Shown here: in pieces, positions 39,701-55,753 of the stretch
Layout of the letters: the number at the start of each line of letters is the position of its first letter
Numbering within the stretch: position 1 is the first letter of the stretch
Source of the DNA: Chrysomallon squamiferum
Lineage: Eukaryota > Animalia > Mollusca
Length of the DNA: 64,000 bases
Direction of reading: 5' to 3'
Assembly: GCA_012295275.1 (NCBI GenBank)
Contig: CM022672.1
Coordinates: forward strand, 18,104,001-18,168,000
Translations under genes and position numbers: made by a program
The notes under the pieces: generated by a model
What the model was told of the DNA's origin: nothing
Seen by the model: the letters and a program-made list of their open reading frames with translations, nothing else
Databases searched by the model: none

Positions 39701-42700
39701 TTTCTTTTGTAGGGGTGGGCATTTTGTCTGATGTTGTATACAGTTTTTCTTTGGGTGGTGGTGGGCATTGTTTGATGTTTTATATATAGTTTTTCTTCTA
39801 GATGGATTCATTATGTTTGATGTTGTTTATTTTTATTTTTTTGGGGTGTGTGTGTGTGGAGCATTGTATTTGATGTTTTTGACATAGTTTTTAAATTTTA
39901 TAAATTTTATTTATTTTTTGACACAGGTTCGTAAAGCAGCTCACCAGGCAGTTCAGATAGTACTTAAAGGAAGTCTGTTCCTGTTGGAGAGTGATCCCCC
40001 CCTGAATCACCCTGCCACATCTCTCACAGCCAAGTACTGCATACAGCAGATAGAGCAGTGTGGAGGTAAATAACAAATACAACACAATTCCTGTTATTTT
40101 GTATCTGAAATAAACATATTAATGGAATAAAAATTAGAATAAAAAAAATCAAATCAAATCAATATAACATTATCAGTGTTGAATTATTTTCTTTCATTTT
40201 CTTGTATATTGCATGTTATTATTTCCAAATTTGTATCTCTTCTAGACTTTTATTGCTGTTTTCTTCTCATCAACCTGTTATTTACATTAGTAGTGAAAAT
40301 ATTTAATTTTTTTTTTTTATATATATATATAGATTATGTTTAGAAAGAAAGAGAGAGAGATAGATACACACACAAACAGCTATGTTAGAAAGACATAAAA
40401 AAAAGATTGTACATGTATCTCTGGCTTATCTCAAATAGTGTAAGTGTTATTTTGTTGTCATATTTATTTTAAATCCAGCTTTTTCATTTTATTATTTTTC
40501 CTTATTATACAGTTATATTTATGGGTTTTTTTATTATTATTATCATTTTTAAATTTTATTTTTATTTTTCAGGAACTGGTGAGGCTACCAACACCTTGTA
40601 TTCACTGGCTCTGTTGAGAGATGTGATGAGCACATTCTCTAAGAACAGTGTACAATCGTGTTGTGAGACCATCCTTCGTGTTATGACTGTCAGTAATGTG
40701 GTAAGAATCACAACAGTCCAGTGAATCTGCATCACAGCTTGTTACATGAGTTCTGAGACAGTGTTTGAAATCTGAAACTAATTAATTATTAACCTCTCTA
40801 TAGTCGATTAAACAAGATTCTTAAGTTAATGGTAGACCAGTACAAAGTGATTATTATCTTAATTATGATTTTTGTGGATTATTATTGTTTTGTTTTTTTA
40901 AATAGTTGGTACAGTTCCATGATATAGATTATTAGATTGAAATACATGGGTGTGTGTGTGTGTGTGTGTGAGTGTAGATATTATTAAGCATTTTATTTTT
41001 CATGTTATGTTAGAAGATTATTATTATTTAATTTTTGAAAACTGTAAGGTCTCTAGTACACAGATATTTCTTGGATCAAATATGTAGTGCACCTACACAA
41101 TGTATAATTGTTAGGTACTTTTATTATTCATTTTATCATTCTAAAAGATTATAGTCTTTGTGCACTTGTAAACAGTATTTTATTAGTAATTACCATTCTG
41201 AAAGAGTATTATTATATATTTTTAAACTGCTAGAAAGAAAAAGACCCAGATTTATTGTTGTTTTTTTAAATTTAAAAATTTATATTTGTAAATAGTTCCA
41301 CATTTATAATTATTATTCTAAGAGATTATTATTATTTTATGTTAGATATTATTCTGAGAGATTTTTCTTATTTTATATTGGGAAAGAGTACTTATTATTA
41401 GATAACATTCTGAAAGATTTATATTTGTAAACAACTTGCTATTGTTAGCTGCAATTTCTAAAAGATCTTCTTTGTTTTATTTTTGTAAACAGTATGCTAT
41501 AATTAGTTATCAATTTAAAAAAATTATCTTTGATATATTTTTTTGTCATTTCTAAAAGATGCTGTTATTGTTTTTGTAAACAGTTAGTTCGAGCCTGTGG
41601 AATGCAGACATTGCATGGATTTTTTAATTCCAACCCAAAGTCATCCTGTTTACCAGCTGATCTGAATGCTCGGATTATTGTGGTTAGTATAACTTTATCA
41701 CATCCCATCTTGTTTTGAGTATTGTAATACACACCATCCAGTTTTATCCATTGTGTTTTTCATTTTTGTCATTAAAGAATTTTCTTAATTATCTGATTTT
41801 CATGCAGTTATTCATAACTGAATCAGCTAAAAAAATATGTACATATATATATTTTTTTTTTCTTCAGGAAAGTTACATATTTTTTTATATAATCTAGCCA
41901 CATATTCATGGCAAATTAATATTAATATATATATTTTAACATATCTGTTTCAAATAAATCAAAGGAAGAACATCCGTTTGTGTATTTATTTAATTTCAAA
42001 AAGTATTTTACTGATGGTTACAACTTTGATATAAAATGTTTTTTAAGGATAACATTGTAATAATGTGTTGAGGTTCTGAAAACTTTTTGTATTCAGTGTT
42101 TTGTTTCATTTGGATTCCAAAGATTATTTCCCAAGTTCTTTTTTAGTTCTTTGTCCAATTAAAATGGTTTCAGAGTCTGGTGGTACACATTTAAGGTGTT
42201 ATTTTTTTAAATGTTATTTAATTTTGAAGGCTCTGTACGACTATCAGCCATCAGAAAATGACAGTCAGCCTGTGCAGGCTTGGTTGGCAGTGATGGAGAA
42301 AGCACACATCACACTACACAGGTCATTGTTTGATGTATTATACTTGTAGACTATGTAAAACACACTTTTTGTCTTAATAATGTTTAAAACACACAGTGAT
42401 ATATAAATATTTTTATAATAAAATATAAAATTTTAAAAGTATTTAAAAAAAAAAGTAATAATATTGGTCTATATAGTCATTTTAATATTGAGAAATGCAG
42501 ATGGAATTAAAACACATTCACATTCGGACATACAGAGACAAAAAAAAATAAATAAAAATAACTGTACATTCTGATGACATTTTTATCAATCCATCTGTTA
42601 ATTAATCCATCAGTATTAATAAAACAGATTATTGTGTTTCAGATCTGATGCCAGACTCTGTACCAGTCATTTGCCAAAACTGTTCTCCACGGCGATGACC

Positions 42701-45700
42701 TTTCTGCTTTCAAGTAGACAGGAAGTTGCCCAGTCGGCTGTCAAAACTATGACGGTAAATCTGCAGTAATTTTGTGTCTGAAGGCCTTTCACACTGATTA
42801 AATTTAATATTTATTATGAACACTGGATTGTGAAGCAACTGAAATTATAACGTTTTGCACCATTTTTGTTATTTATCATTATGTAAGATGAAATGTAATA
42901 AAACTGTTACGTTTGTATAATAATAGTAATAATAATAATAATGATGATGATGTACTGTGATAATAAATATCTGTAATAAAGTTGATTTCAGGATAAAAAA
43001 AATACATTTTATTTTACTGAATGTGATATTGTATCAATACCATGCACACATTGTATAATATTATTATTCCAGTACCGTTGCTTTTTCTGTTTCAGGCAGT
43101 TGTGTGATATAATATAACGATACTTATTAAGAAAAATACACATAAACTTGCATTTATTATTTTAAAAATGTGTACTACTAGAATACAAAAGTGTGCTGTT
43201 ATTGTAGGTGTTACTCAATGAGTGTCTGATGCCAGACATGGAGAGAATATCTGCTCTCTTGAACACAGCACCTGAAGGAACACAGACACCTGTGCACAAA
43301 ATTCTCAAAGCTTTGGAAACTGGTCTCAGTTATCAGTTTCATTCTTCATGGGGACTTGTGCTACAGCTGTGGGCTTCAGTTTTTCAGGTCAGTTTATAAC
43401 TTCTTGTATAGTAAAAAAAAAATATGATAGATACACTTATATACAGACATGAAAATATACACATACAAAGCTTTCATTGTTCATGGGGACATGTTCTTCA
43501 GCTTCAGTATTTGAGGTTAGATTACAACTTACACTGTAAAAAGAATAATGTAGGTTTAGGCAAATTGTTATACATTTAAACAAACAAATATATGCATGTA
43601 TGTGTGGAATGAACAGTAGCTCAGTATTAAGGTAAGTTGTAATACAGGATTGTTTTCTTATTAGATTCCAGAAACATATTTTAAATTCAAATCATTATTC
43701 CATGATTAATTAACAAACCCTATTGATTTTTCCTGTCCTGTGAAAATGGTCATAAAATACATAAAACAAATTCACTAAATAATTAAACCCTTTCAATTTC
43801 TACTTTTTCAGTTTTGACAGTCTGTTTAATTTCAATTATAATTTTATTTATTTATTTATTTATTTTTATTTGTTTCAGGTTTTTGGGAAATGTTGCCCAG
43901 GACTTTTAAAGAAGGTAATTATAAATAATATTATCTTGCAGAAACAAAACCAAAATCAAAAAATGAACCCAACAGTAAACTATTTAACTAACAATGGCAT
44001 GACCAGTCATCCAATTTAGTATTTATTTAAACAGTTTTTTTATGTTTACATTATAAGATTTATAAGATTGTATTCTGGCAAATGGAGAATGGTCACGTTA
44101 TTCTGCATAATTTCACATAATTCACTTTTTATAAATTAATTTTTTTTAATTGCAGTATATGTATTATTTTTATTAATATCAAAACACCTAACAGATGCCA
44201 TTCTAAAATATTTTATAAGTCATATTTTAACTTAATACTGATTATTAATAAATAACAAATGTGATTCCAGTGTTTGTTGTCCATGGCTGATCTGAGAGAA
44301 AGCACACATTTTGGTTACAAACGTGAACTGGATCATGCAGTTGGGTCTGCAGTCAGGTACATGGGACCGAAACATGTTCTGGATGCTGTCCCCTTGAAAC
44401 TCTCTCTAGAAAGGTAAATTTTAACCCTCAGTTGGCATCTTCTGTTTTGATAATTTAATACAGAATTGTTAGCAAGAGCTGGTTATTGTTTGTTAATGGT
44501 TTTATCATAGTTTAACTCAGAAATGCTGATACATAAAAGACTTGATAGAAATCTTTGAAACACTCTTCAAAAAGACAGATTTTAATCTTTATGGTTAACT
44601 CTACTTCTTTAATAATCTAGAGAAATATAACTAAGGCTTCTAATTTTTAATTTAGGATTTTGATATTAAGATTAAGTTATTTGGGTTATGTGTTAAGAAA
44701 TTTCTTTTTGTTTTCTTTTGTTTTCTTAGATTTATTTTTATCACACTATCAAAAAGAAAAAAATGATTTGCTATTTATTATGGGCTTTTTTATTTTTAAA
44801 TTGATAAAATATATTAAAAAAATGTATAACACTGTGCTAGAAACTAATAAAACAGATATATCTTTCTCTTTTTTTGGGGGGGGGTTATTTTTTTTAAATT
44901 TAAAAATTAATTTTTCTTGTTGTTCTATCACTCCATCAGAGAAAAATAATTAAAATGGTTTATCTGTTATAGTGAAGACCTGGATTTCCCACGCAGTTGG
45001 CTGATTCCAGTTTTGCGAGACAACATCAGAGAGACAGAACTCAGTTTCTTTACATCCCACTTTTTACCACTGGCAGCAGCTTTCAGGCAGAAAGGTTTTG
45101 TTTTGAAATTATTTTTATTTGATTTCAACATCTTAAACAAAAACAGTTATTAATTTTCTTAGTCTAGGAAGATATTTTTTTTTTCTCAGGAATTAGTACA
45201 TTGTCGTTTTGTTTTTTTGTTAGTTAAATATAATGTATTAAAGACTGAGATAAAAAATATTATAAAAATACAATATATAAAACAAAACAAACTATGTTGT
45301 TTTCTTTGTTCTAAATTCTGGAAAAAGAGAAAAAAAGAAAAGAAAAAAATTTGGTAACTTTTTACATATAATTCACAGTCAGTAGAAAATTAAAAAAATA
45401 AATGTGATATGAATGTGTTTTGTTTATATATTTATTTTATTTTATTTTATTTTATTTTATTTTATTTTATTTTATTTTATTTTATTTATTTATTTTAAAA
45501 TAGCACTGAAGTGTTCTGATAGTCAGAGTGTGGCAGCTAAGACCTATGACACTCTACAACAACAGATATGGTCTTTATTAACTGGTTTTTGTATCAAACC
45601 CACAGACCTGACACAGGTAAATTGACATTGTGATGTTTGTGTATACATACATTATATACATAAATATATACTTACATTTATACACCTATACATATACATG

Positions 45701-48700
45701 TACATTTACATATATATAGATGGATGGATGGATAGTTACATATATATATAGAGATAGATAGATATTGGCAAGTAATATACATTTAATTGCATGATACTAT
45801 CATTGATAGTGATACATTTTTCCATATGGTTATAAAATGCTTATATTAGACAGATCATAAGCACTTGTACAAACACAAACTTACACTGACAGAATGAATG
45901 GGTAGGAGAGAGCATGACTTTATGGCACATTAAAATCTTCTTGAAATCTGTTTTTTCTTTAATACTGACAGAAGTGCAAGCTAACACACAATGAGAGAGT
46001 AAATAGGTAAATAAGATGTTAAATCATTTTGAAGCTTAGCTTTTCTATATTATTATTATTCCAGATGTATTATTAAAGCAGATAACCCAACTAAACTAAT
46101 GATTTATGATTATTATATTTTTTGACTTCATAACTCTGTTTTTTTTATATGTGTTTTACAGTCGTTCAAAGGAATTGCAAAAATCCTTGGTTCTGCAATC
46201 TCAGATCGACCTGATTTGAGAATGAGTGTCATGTCATCTCTGCGTTGTTTGATCAGTAACAGCCTCTCTGAAGGTAAGTTTTTTTAAAAACAAAAACAAC
46301 TTAGGATCCCTTAATTATTTTAAAAGAGCATTAAGTTACAATATCGTCTTTAGAATATAATTATAATTAATGTTATCACGTGGTCCTTTTGAAACATCTC
46401 TGATTAAGGTAAAATGAATAACAACTACTGATTTAGTTTATTAGTTTCTCTTCATTTTAACCTTAGATTTTGGATTAATTATTAGATGATGTGTTACATG
46501 TTCATGATAAGCAAAATTAAATCTGCGTTATTATAATTTATACAGTAACTAAATTTTATTTATTTATTTATTTATTTAAATTTAATTTAAAATTTAATTT
46601 AATTTAATTTAATTTAATTTAATTTAATTTAATTTAATAATTTTTAAAAAATGTTTACAGAGAGCAACAAAGCAGAGTTGTCGAGATTTGGTAAGAATTT
46701 TATACCAATTCTGCTGAACTTGTTTACTGCTAAACCAGAAAACGAACGCGATCCCACCAGACTGGCTGTCCTAGAAACACTGAAAACTTATCTACAGATA
46801 GCAGACAAACAGGTGATTACTCAGTACAGATTTAGTGTGGAAACAGATCAATTCTCTATGATGCAAGATTATCATTTCTGTTATTTATTTATGTAATTGA
46901 GAAAAACCAAATGTATAATAATGATCATGAAACAATCCTGTCTGCTACTTATTTAATTTACAATTATACGTTTTTAACTTGTAGTTAAGTTAATTTTTGT
47001 TAAAACGGACAATGATCAAATTTTATTTTTCTAAATGACTTCTAAATGTTAATATAATTCATAAACTACAGGTTTTTAAAACTTATATTCACATTTTGCT
47101 TTTGTTACTTAGAATACATTTTATTTGCTATCAGTGTCTAGTCTTTCAGTTTTATTTGTTTCTAACAATCAATCTTTCCTAATAAAAAAGAATGGTAACA
47201 AGCTTGTTACATTATTCTATCAGACATGGTTAAAGTCAAGATTAAAAAAATTTGTTTTATTATTTCAAATATATATATATATATCTATGTATGTGTTTTG
47301 TTTTTTAGCTGGTGTTTACCTTCTTTGACAAGTGTATTGAAAAAATGAATGCTGACGATTTAACACCATTCAAAAAGTAAATATCAGTTTGAGTAAAACA
47401 TACACAATAAAAGTTTTAACAAGTGCTACTCAATTTATGTTTTTAACTAATAAAATGTTGGCAATTAAAATAATTCACTTTGGTGATGTGCAGTATAAAT
47501 AGTAAAGTATCAGATAAATATATTTTAATATCATCTGAAATAATTCTAGTTAAAAACATGCACAGTGTCAGAGTAAATACGAAGGAAAGTTAGTCAAATC
47601 TATTTAAAAATACTTCACAAATAGCCAAAAATATTAAACATAATTCCATTTTGTAAATAAATCTGGATGCTGATTATATTGAATTACTAAAATCAGCCTT
47701 TGAAAATTTAAATTTTGTTTTTCAGGCATGCTTTTGTTGATATAAACATAGCTCTGTTGCCCTACATAGACGCAGACAGACTAAAAATATCATTTGACCT
47801 GGCAGCATCAAATCTGACTGTGAGATTATAAACTTATTTTACTTATTTATTTATTTTAATATATTTAATTACTGTTCTATTTATCATCAGTATAAAAATT
47901 ATTAACATTACATACTTTTTAAAAATTACGTATTTTTGCTGATTTTTGTAAAATACATTTACTGTGATATTTCTAAATATATTTTTTCTGTGAGTTTCTT
48001 AATGTATTAACTGTGAATTTTCTAAATATTATTACATAATCTGATATTAAAAATATGTCCAACAGAGTCTGGACAGGACACTTCAGAAAAAGTCGTACAG
48101 AATAATGGAGGAGATCTGTGCAGGCAAATCAGAAGACTGTCAGCAGTTTGCTAGTCGCTACTTGTCTGAAATACAGAAAATGCTTCTCTCCTCTTTATCC
48201 AAGTCCAGTCCTTCGTCCAAAGCTGTACGTATCACAACAGATTGTCCTTTACATTCAAAACAACCATCTACGATTAACGTCCAGTTTGACTGAAGTGTGT
48301 ATTAATTGTAGTTTTGAATAAGTAATCAGATAATCTAAACAAATTTTATTTGAATATAAATAAATTAAATGCATCTATTACGTTGCAAACAAAAAACTTT
48401 TAATATATTGATGCATCAAAACATCTTAATTAAATTTTAGGATATATCGGGGATATTGGCAGAATAATGTTCATGGCAGTATGATAAAAAAATATTATGC
48501 TAGTGCAAAAAAACACATACTTAATAGATTTGGTTTTGAACAGATGGTCTAAATACTTAACACTTCCAAGTAATTGTGTTATTTGTTATCAGCAACTAAT
48601 CTTAGCCAATAATAAAGTTACCACAATATATCAAAGACATGAATTTTCCTGCTTAGAATAAAATGAGCTTAAATAATCTATAAATTATTTTGCTTGTGAA

Positions 48701-48999
48701 GATTCAGAATACATTTTTTTTTTGTGTTACTGTTGCAGCCAAGACTTCGCTGTTTGATTCATATTTTTGGACAGTTGAAGGAAAAACAGATGGATTTCTT
48801 TATGGCAGTGGTACCAGAGGTTTGTACATTGAAACTTAAATTATTTGGTAAAGTTAGAAGTTTTGTTGATAGTACTGAAGAGAAAAATTTAATACTACAT
48901 TTCTGATTTTTGTTATTTATTATCTTTTTAAAAATCTGTCATGCTATTTAACAACCTTTTTGGAATTCAGAATTGAAGTATAATTAATTAATGAATAAA

Positions 49000-49032
<33 letters not shown>

Positions 49033-49088
49033 ACAATACCTAATAATAATAATAGTAGTAGTAGTAGTAGTAGTAGTAGTAATAATAG

Positions 49089-49120
<32 letters not shown>

Positions 49121-50012
49121 ATAATAATAATAAAATGGGTGTATAAAAAAACAAGCAAACAAACAATTAAATAAATAAATAAACTGAAATTATAAAAAAA
49201 TTAATAAAAAAAATAATAAAAAAGATGTAAATAAATAAATAAATAAAAAATAAAAATAAAAAATAACAATACTCTAGTAGTTATATGAAAAAAAGTGAAA
49301 TTTAAAACTAATAAAAACTCTCTCACTCAGGTAATAATGTGTACCAGGGAGATTGGAGAGAGAGCTCGGGAAGCAGCCTATAGTTTACTCATCACAATGG
49401 CCGAAACTCTGATTCGCTGGAACAGTTCAGTGTCAAAAGAAGGTATGATATTTCTCTTGGCAGTTAGATCTATAAATACAAATGTGTGATCAGTAACTTG
49501 TTTAAAGTCTTTATAAATACATACAAATGATCGGTAACTTGTTTAAATTGTTACATACACAAACTGTGACTAACAACATAAGATAATGTTATAAGTACAG
49601 TTGTATGATCTGTAATTTGTATAGAATAATGTTACAATTTTACATGTATAATTATATGATCAGTAATTAGTATGGCTTTTGTTTTATGTGTGTTTTATAT
49701 ATATATATATATGCAGTTATATGATTAGTAATGTGTGCAGATTCTTATAATTATATAATCAGATATTTGCATAGATTGTTTTAAAAACAGACATAGTATT
49801 ATTGTTAATTAGAATATATATACTCTTATATGGTCAGTAATAATGAGCAAATTGTTATAAAATTATTAGCGTAGCTTATGTTATATATACAGTTATGTGA
49901 TCAATTACATGTGTACATTTTGTTAAGAATAAAATTATATATAAATTTTATTATATATAATTCTATAATTGAAATCTATAATTATAGCTACATTTTACAT
50001 GTACCCAGATTA

Positions 50013-50059
<47 letters not shown>

Positions 50060-52292
50060 ATAGATAAATATATAAATAAATACAAAATTAATAATCGAAC
50101 AAACAAACAAAATATGAATAAATCATTTAAAAAAATTAAATTAATATTAAAAAGTTAAAAATTAAAATTAAGACTTAAAAATGTTTAAAACTCACAGGTT
50201 TTTTTTTTTAATTAAATCTTAATGTAATTTTGTTGTTGTCTAGAAACAATAGAGGAATATCTGAAGATGTTGTTGGCTGGACTGGCTGGATCTCCACAGA
50301 TGGTCAGTGGAACGCTGCTGTCTCTCACTCGTGTCCTCTTCCAGTACAAACGTGAGCTACAGCTTCATCAACACACACACACACTTTATAGTGTTAATGA
50401 TTTCTCATACACTTTTGAACCTTGTGTGTGAAAATTACTTCTAAATATATTATATTAGTCTGTTAGGAGTGGTTTTTTGGTTTTGGCAGACTGGAGATGA
50501 TATTTAGTGAACTTTTATTGTTGAGTCCTTTTATCAGGCTTATTTGCAGTTAGTTGTTATCATTTTGACTCTTTGATTCAGTATTTTAGCCAGCTGTTTG
50601 TATATTTTAGCCCAAATGGTTCTACAATGTAAATAATAATGTTAGTCTGTTTATTGTAACAGACATTTTCTTCCTGAAATTTCAGTCTTACGTTTTACAG
50701 ATCATTTAGTTTAAGAGAATTTTTAAAAGTAATTTGTTAGAAATGTTATTTCTGTCTATCGTAAGTCAGAACAGTATAAAATATCATCTATGAAATTCAG
50801 TTTTTTTGAAACTGTGATGTGAGATGCAATTTGATATTCTACTTTTTATTTCAGAGTGTGTTGGCAGTGAGATGTTGGAGGTGCTGGTGGAAAGCACTTG
50901 TCTTCTTCTGTCGTCTAAGCTAAGAGAAATTGTCAAGTCCGCACTGGGCTTTATCAAAGTTCTGTTGTCAGCCTACCAGGACTTTCAGCTTGCAGGGCAA
51001 CTCAAAAGATTGGTAAGATGTAAATTATGAACTAATACAAAAACGAAAAAAGACAACAAATTATTTCAACAAGAACGTTTTAAGACCTTTTGCTGACCCT
51101 AGAAGGTGGCAAATGCCATCCCTGCATCCAGATTGTTGAAATAATTTTTGTAAAATTACTATGAAAATAAAGGAAAAATATGTTTATGGGAGAAATGAGA
51201 ACATAAAAATATTAAAAATAAAAACAAAAATTAAAAAAAAGATAAAGAAAGGAAAAAAATAACAATAAAAAAAGAGCTAAAAATATATAATAATAACAAA
51301 CATGAAACAAACAGAATATAGAAACTATACGAAGAAAAAGAAGTTAAAACAATGAAATAGTTTATATACATTTTCTTTTTGAATGTTTTTTTCAGATAAC
51401 TGGTCTTGTCAATATGAAAGATGACACCAGACATCATTTTCACATTAAAATGAAACACATCTATTCTAAACTGATTAAAAAATTTGGGTGAGTTTGCCTT
51501 CTTACAATATATAAATAAATATCAGTCTGTTTCCCGTAGTTTTGTACACTGTTAACTGTTTATTTACTTACATTAATAATGTCAGACTAATAATTTTCTC
51601 TGTTATCCATTCTGTCCAGTAACAAAGTGAAAAACAATTTATATTTTATTTTGGAATGCATAGACAATAAATTTTAAAATGTCTTGTTTGTAACAGTTTT
51701 TACATTTAGTTACTTATGCACAATCTTTTGTCATTACATTAGAATGTTTTATTAGTGTTTCAGTAGCTGATTACTGTTTTTTGTTGAGGTGACATTTTAG
51801 TCATTTTTACCTGAGTCATTTTTTATTTTATTTATAATTATTTTAGTAAATAACTAATACCTATTTTAAACACAGTATTAAGCTAATATATAAAAATGTA
51901 TTTTATGTTAGCTATGAAACATTTTATGTGTTGGTGTTTGTTTAAGTATTAAACTAATTAGTAAAAGTGTATTGTTTTGTTTTATGTCAGGTATGAGACA
52001 ATATGTGGAATGACACCAGAGCGAATACACAAAGTTCTGCACAACATCTACAAGACACAACAGAGAACAAAGCGACAGAAGAAAGAAATGGAAAACCAAG
52101 ACGATTCTGAAAGTGACGAGGATGAAGTGAGACCACCCAAGATGGACAGGTAATAACAATTACAAAAACATAAAACACATTAAATGCAGGCATTGTTATT
52201 AATATGATGATCATATGATGACGATGATGACATAAAACACATTAAATATGGTTATTTTTATTATTAATATTAATGTAATGATGATGATGACA

Positions 52293-52340
<48 letters not shown>

Positions 52341-53425
52341 GTAAATAATTAAATAATAAGAGAAATAATATAATATAGCTTCTCTATTGTTGTTTTCACC
52401 AGAGAGAACATTTAAAAGGAACATTTCTTTATTTTGTATTAAGTAATAAACCACTAAATGTATCTAAAATGTACATTAAACTCAATTATTTATCAAGAGC
52501 ATTAAAATACTAAAATAATTTAAAGACAAAGGTCTCTTTTTCTTTCATCTTTCCATGTCCATTAAATCAAAAATATGTATGAAGCACAAAGAGTTTGCAA
52601 TATTGACAAAGATTTGTAAAATGTAAATGTGAATCTTCCATTTTGTTTTTCTTCGATATTTCAGCATCGATGACTTGCTGCGAGATACAGACTCAGAGAT
52701 GGAAAATGAAGAAGATGTTAAAAAGAAGAACAAATCTGTGAAGAAAGGAAGGAGGGGGAGGGAGACATGGTTGAAAGAGGGGGAGGAAGATCACATTGTT
52801 GACTTCTTGGATCCTAATGCAGCGAAGAAAGTTCTTGGTAATGACTATTGTTACTATTTTTGTAAGAAAAATGTAAATGAATGCTATTTTGTCATTAACA
52901 TGATATTTGTATTCGTTATGATCTTGGTCATTTGCTTAATTTAATGAACTTGTTTTGTTAGTTGTTTTTTTTGTTGTTGTTGTTGTTGTTGTTGTGTTTT
53001 GTTTGTTTTTTTAATTTTCCATTCCTAAATTCAAAAATAAAAAGCTTTACTTGTTTATCCAAGAACATTTTTTAAAAATTAACCCAGTTACAGAAATTTG
53101 ACATCTTTGTAAATAAATAAAAAATTATTTAAATTTACCTTAAACTTAAAATGTCTTCATAGGTTTTATATTTACTTTAGTTATTAAACTTTACATTTAG
53201 TGAAAGAAAACACAATTAAGAGTAATAGGCTTTCAATTGTTTGTTTTAATTTAGGCAGCCATCCTTTGCTAATAATCAAGTATTACAATATAATAGTAAG
53301 GTAGTGAGGATATAGAGAAGCTGACATATTTCCTTTGATGAAAATGTCATTTGATATATCAAAGTTATTATTTATTACATCTTCATGTTTTTATTTTTGT
53401 ATCATTTCTTTCTTTTTTCCTGTGT

Positions 53426-53456
<31 letters not shown>

Positions 53457-55698
53457 TGAGGATGTCAAGAAAACTTACTCAACTATTTAAATCCATATTT
53501 GTAACTGGGTTCCATTTATTTCAGCTACCAAACCTTTGCAGAGAAATGATTCGAAACATAAGAGAGATTTGCCTTTCAAGACAGCACCAGATGGAAGACT
53601 GATCATAACTGAGAATGAACCAGAAGGTATTGTTAGATTTTGTGTTATTTTTAAATATTGTACATTGTTATTGTTATTAATAATGTTATTACTGATTTCT
53701 TTAATGAGTTTTCTTTAACTGAATTTGATTTAAAATTGTTTAGTCATTAATGAAATCTTTATATTTTGATTGTAGTCATGGTGATAGTGATAGTGTTGTG
53801 TTAGCAATAGTAGTACTATTACTGGTAGTGTTGTTTTAGTGTTAGTGATAATATTAGCTGCTGATCTTGATGTTTTGTAATTGTAGTAGTCATAGTAGTT
53901 TTAGTTCTTATACTTTTTTAAAGATTTAATTAATTAAAATGTTTGTTCTCATTATGTCATCAACACTATCTTCAACATTATCATCATCATCATCAACCAT
54001 TCTACCATGTTTGTTTCTTACAGGTGACAAAATGGATTCAGGAGAAGAAGATGATATAGATGATTTGTTGCAGGCTTTGGAAGGCGGAACTAAAAAAGTT
54101 TGTGTTTTCTGATAATAGTAATAAATAAATAAATTAATAGATAAATAAATAAATACAAATAAAATAAAAACAACTAATAGGTGGAATGATAAGAATGAGT
54201 AATGTGATTTTTGTAAGAAATTAGTAAAAAAAAAAAAAATATATATATAAAATATAAAAACCCCTCACTTCAAAATAAACAAGCAAGTAATAATCCAGTT
54301 ATCAAAAAAATATGTTTGTACCAGTCATGAAAGTGTAAAATGACATTTCACATAATTAATAAGAAACTGAATTCAGACAAGCTCACTATAATTGAGAGCT
54401 GAATTAAGCTGTACTTTGTTGTTGTTGAGATGGAGCAGGGTATAGGTTAGTGGTTAGAACACAGGTATGGAAAAGATTCATTATAGGCTCAGTCCTACTC
54501 TGTGTTCACTTCGAGATATTTCCTGTTCTAACCAAATCTCCATAACTGCTTCATCAAAGAGTGCTTTATACAGATCTGTCTGAGATGATGTGTGTACAAA
54601 ATTGTGATAAATGATCACAGCAGTTTTCCTCTCACATTTTCATCATTCAGCTTGATAAAGAAATATGATAATTTAATGTAAAAATGTTTCGCTGAACTGA
54701 GACAGGTTGTTGTTATTAAGAGGAATAATAGTTTTTAATGGCTGCTGTCTCTGTTTCAGAGAAAAACTGCCAAGAAGAGGAAACTCGAAGATGCTGATTC
54801 TGACGAAGATGTTGCTGCTTCAAAATATAAAGGTCTGAATGTTTGATTTCTCTTGATATCTTGATTCCAGGTTTGTGAGTTGGTAGTGAGTGATTAAATA
54901 AAGTATGTGTGTGTGACAGTGGTATGTAGAGTACATCTAATTAAACATTGTTTTTGTGAACATATTATCATAACTATATTAGAATGTTCTTGCTAATGTT
55001 CAAGCTTGGCAGTAAAAATATCAGTAAAAACCCAACAAGAACAAGATTATTTTTATTTTTTTTACGGTGATTATTATATTTATTGTTACCATTATTATAA
55101 ATAAAGGTACAATTATTATGCTGTTTTTGAAACCAATTCAGGAGTTATTTCCCTTTAAATATAACACAATTTATTTCCTAATTAAAAATTGTTTCCCTTA
55201 TTTACTTTTGTTTTTTAATGTGGATATTTATATTTGTTCATTCAGGATTGTGGGGAAGAGGGTTTCTTTCTAATTTAGAAACCAAATATTGTTATTTTTA
55301 TTAATTGTTTTTTTTAAAACTGATGTTAATCTGTGAAATGCATTATGTAATTTTACTTGTTTGAATCAGTGCCATTTGAATACAAGATTAGAATTATTGG
55401 CTTTAACTCTTATTTTTAAAAACATATTTGGAACTCTATCCTTAATTCGTACCAATGTCACATCAAATGATGCCTTAAGTAACAAAAACGAATAATCAGG
55501 TGACTGATATTAATCCTTTGGTGGGTTTTGGAGCACTTATGTTGCATCACTACTGTTTGCTAGATTCTCAGAAATGAGAGATCAAAATGAAGCTTATGGA
55601 GTTAAGAATCTGAAAATGTTCATAACTCCAGATGCCTAAATGATATTACTTAAGAAAAGAAATAGTTTGATTTGATAGGCCATGTTTTAACATTTGAC

Positions 55699-55753
<55 letters not shown>

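Noticed and set aside
37150-55680. Intronic C/D-box snoRNA candidates in RRP12 (GTGATGA..CTGA near 37158-37187; ATGATG..CTGA near 55467-55507)
   Set aside because: Box spacing is too short or the boxes are imperfect, and I could not recognise an rRNA-complementary guide. snoscan or Infernal would be needed to revisit this.
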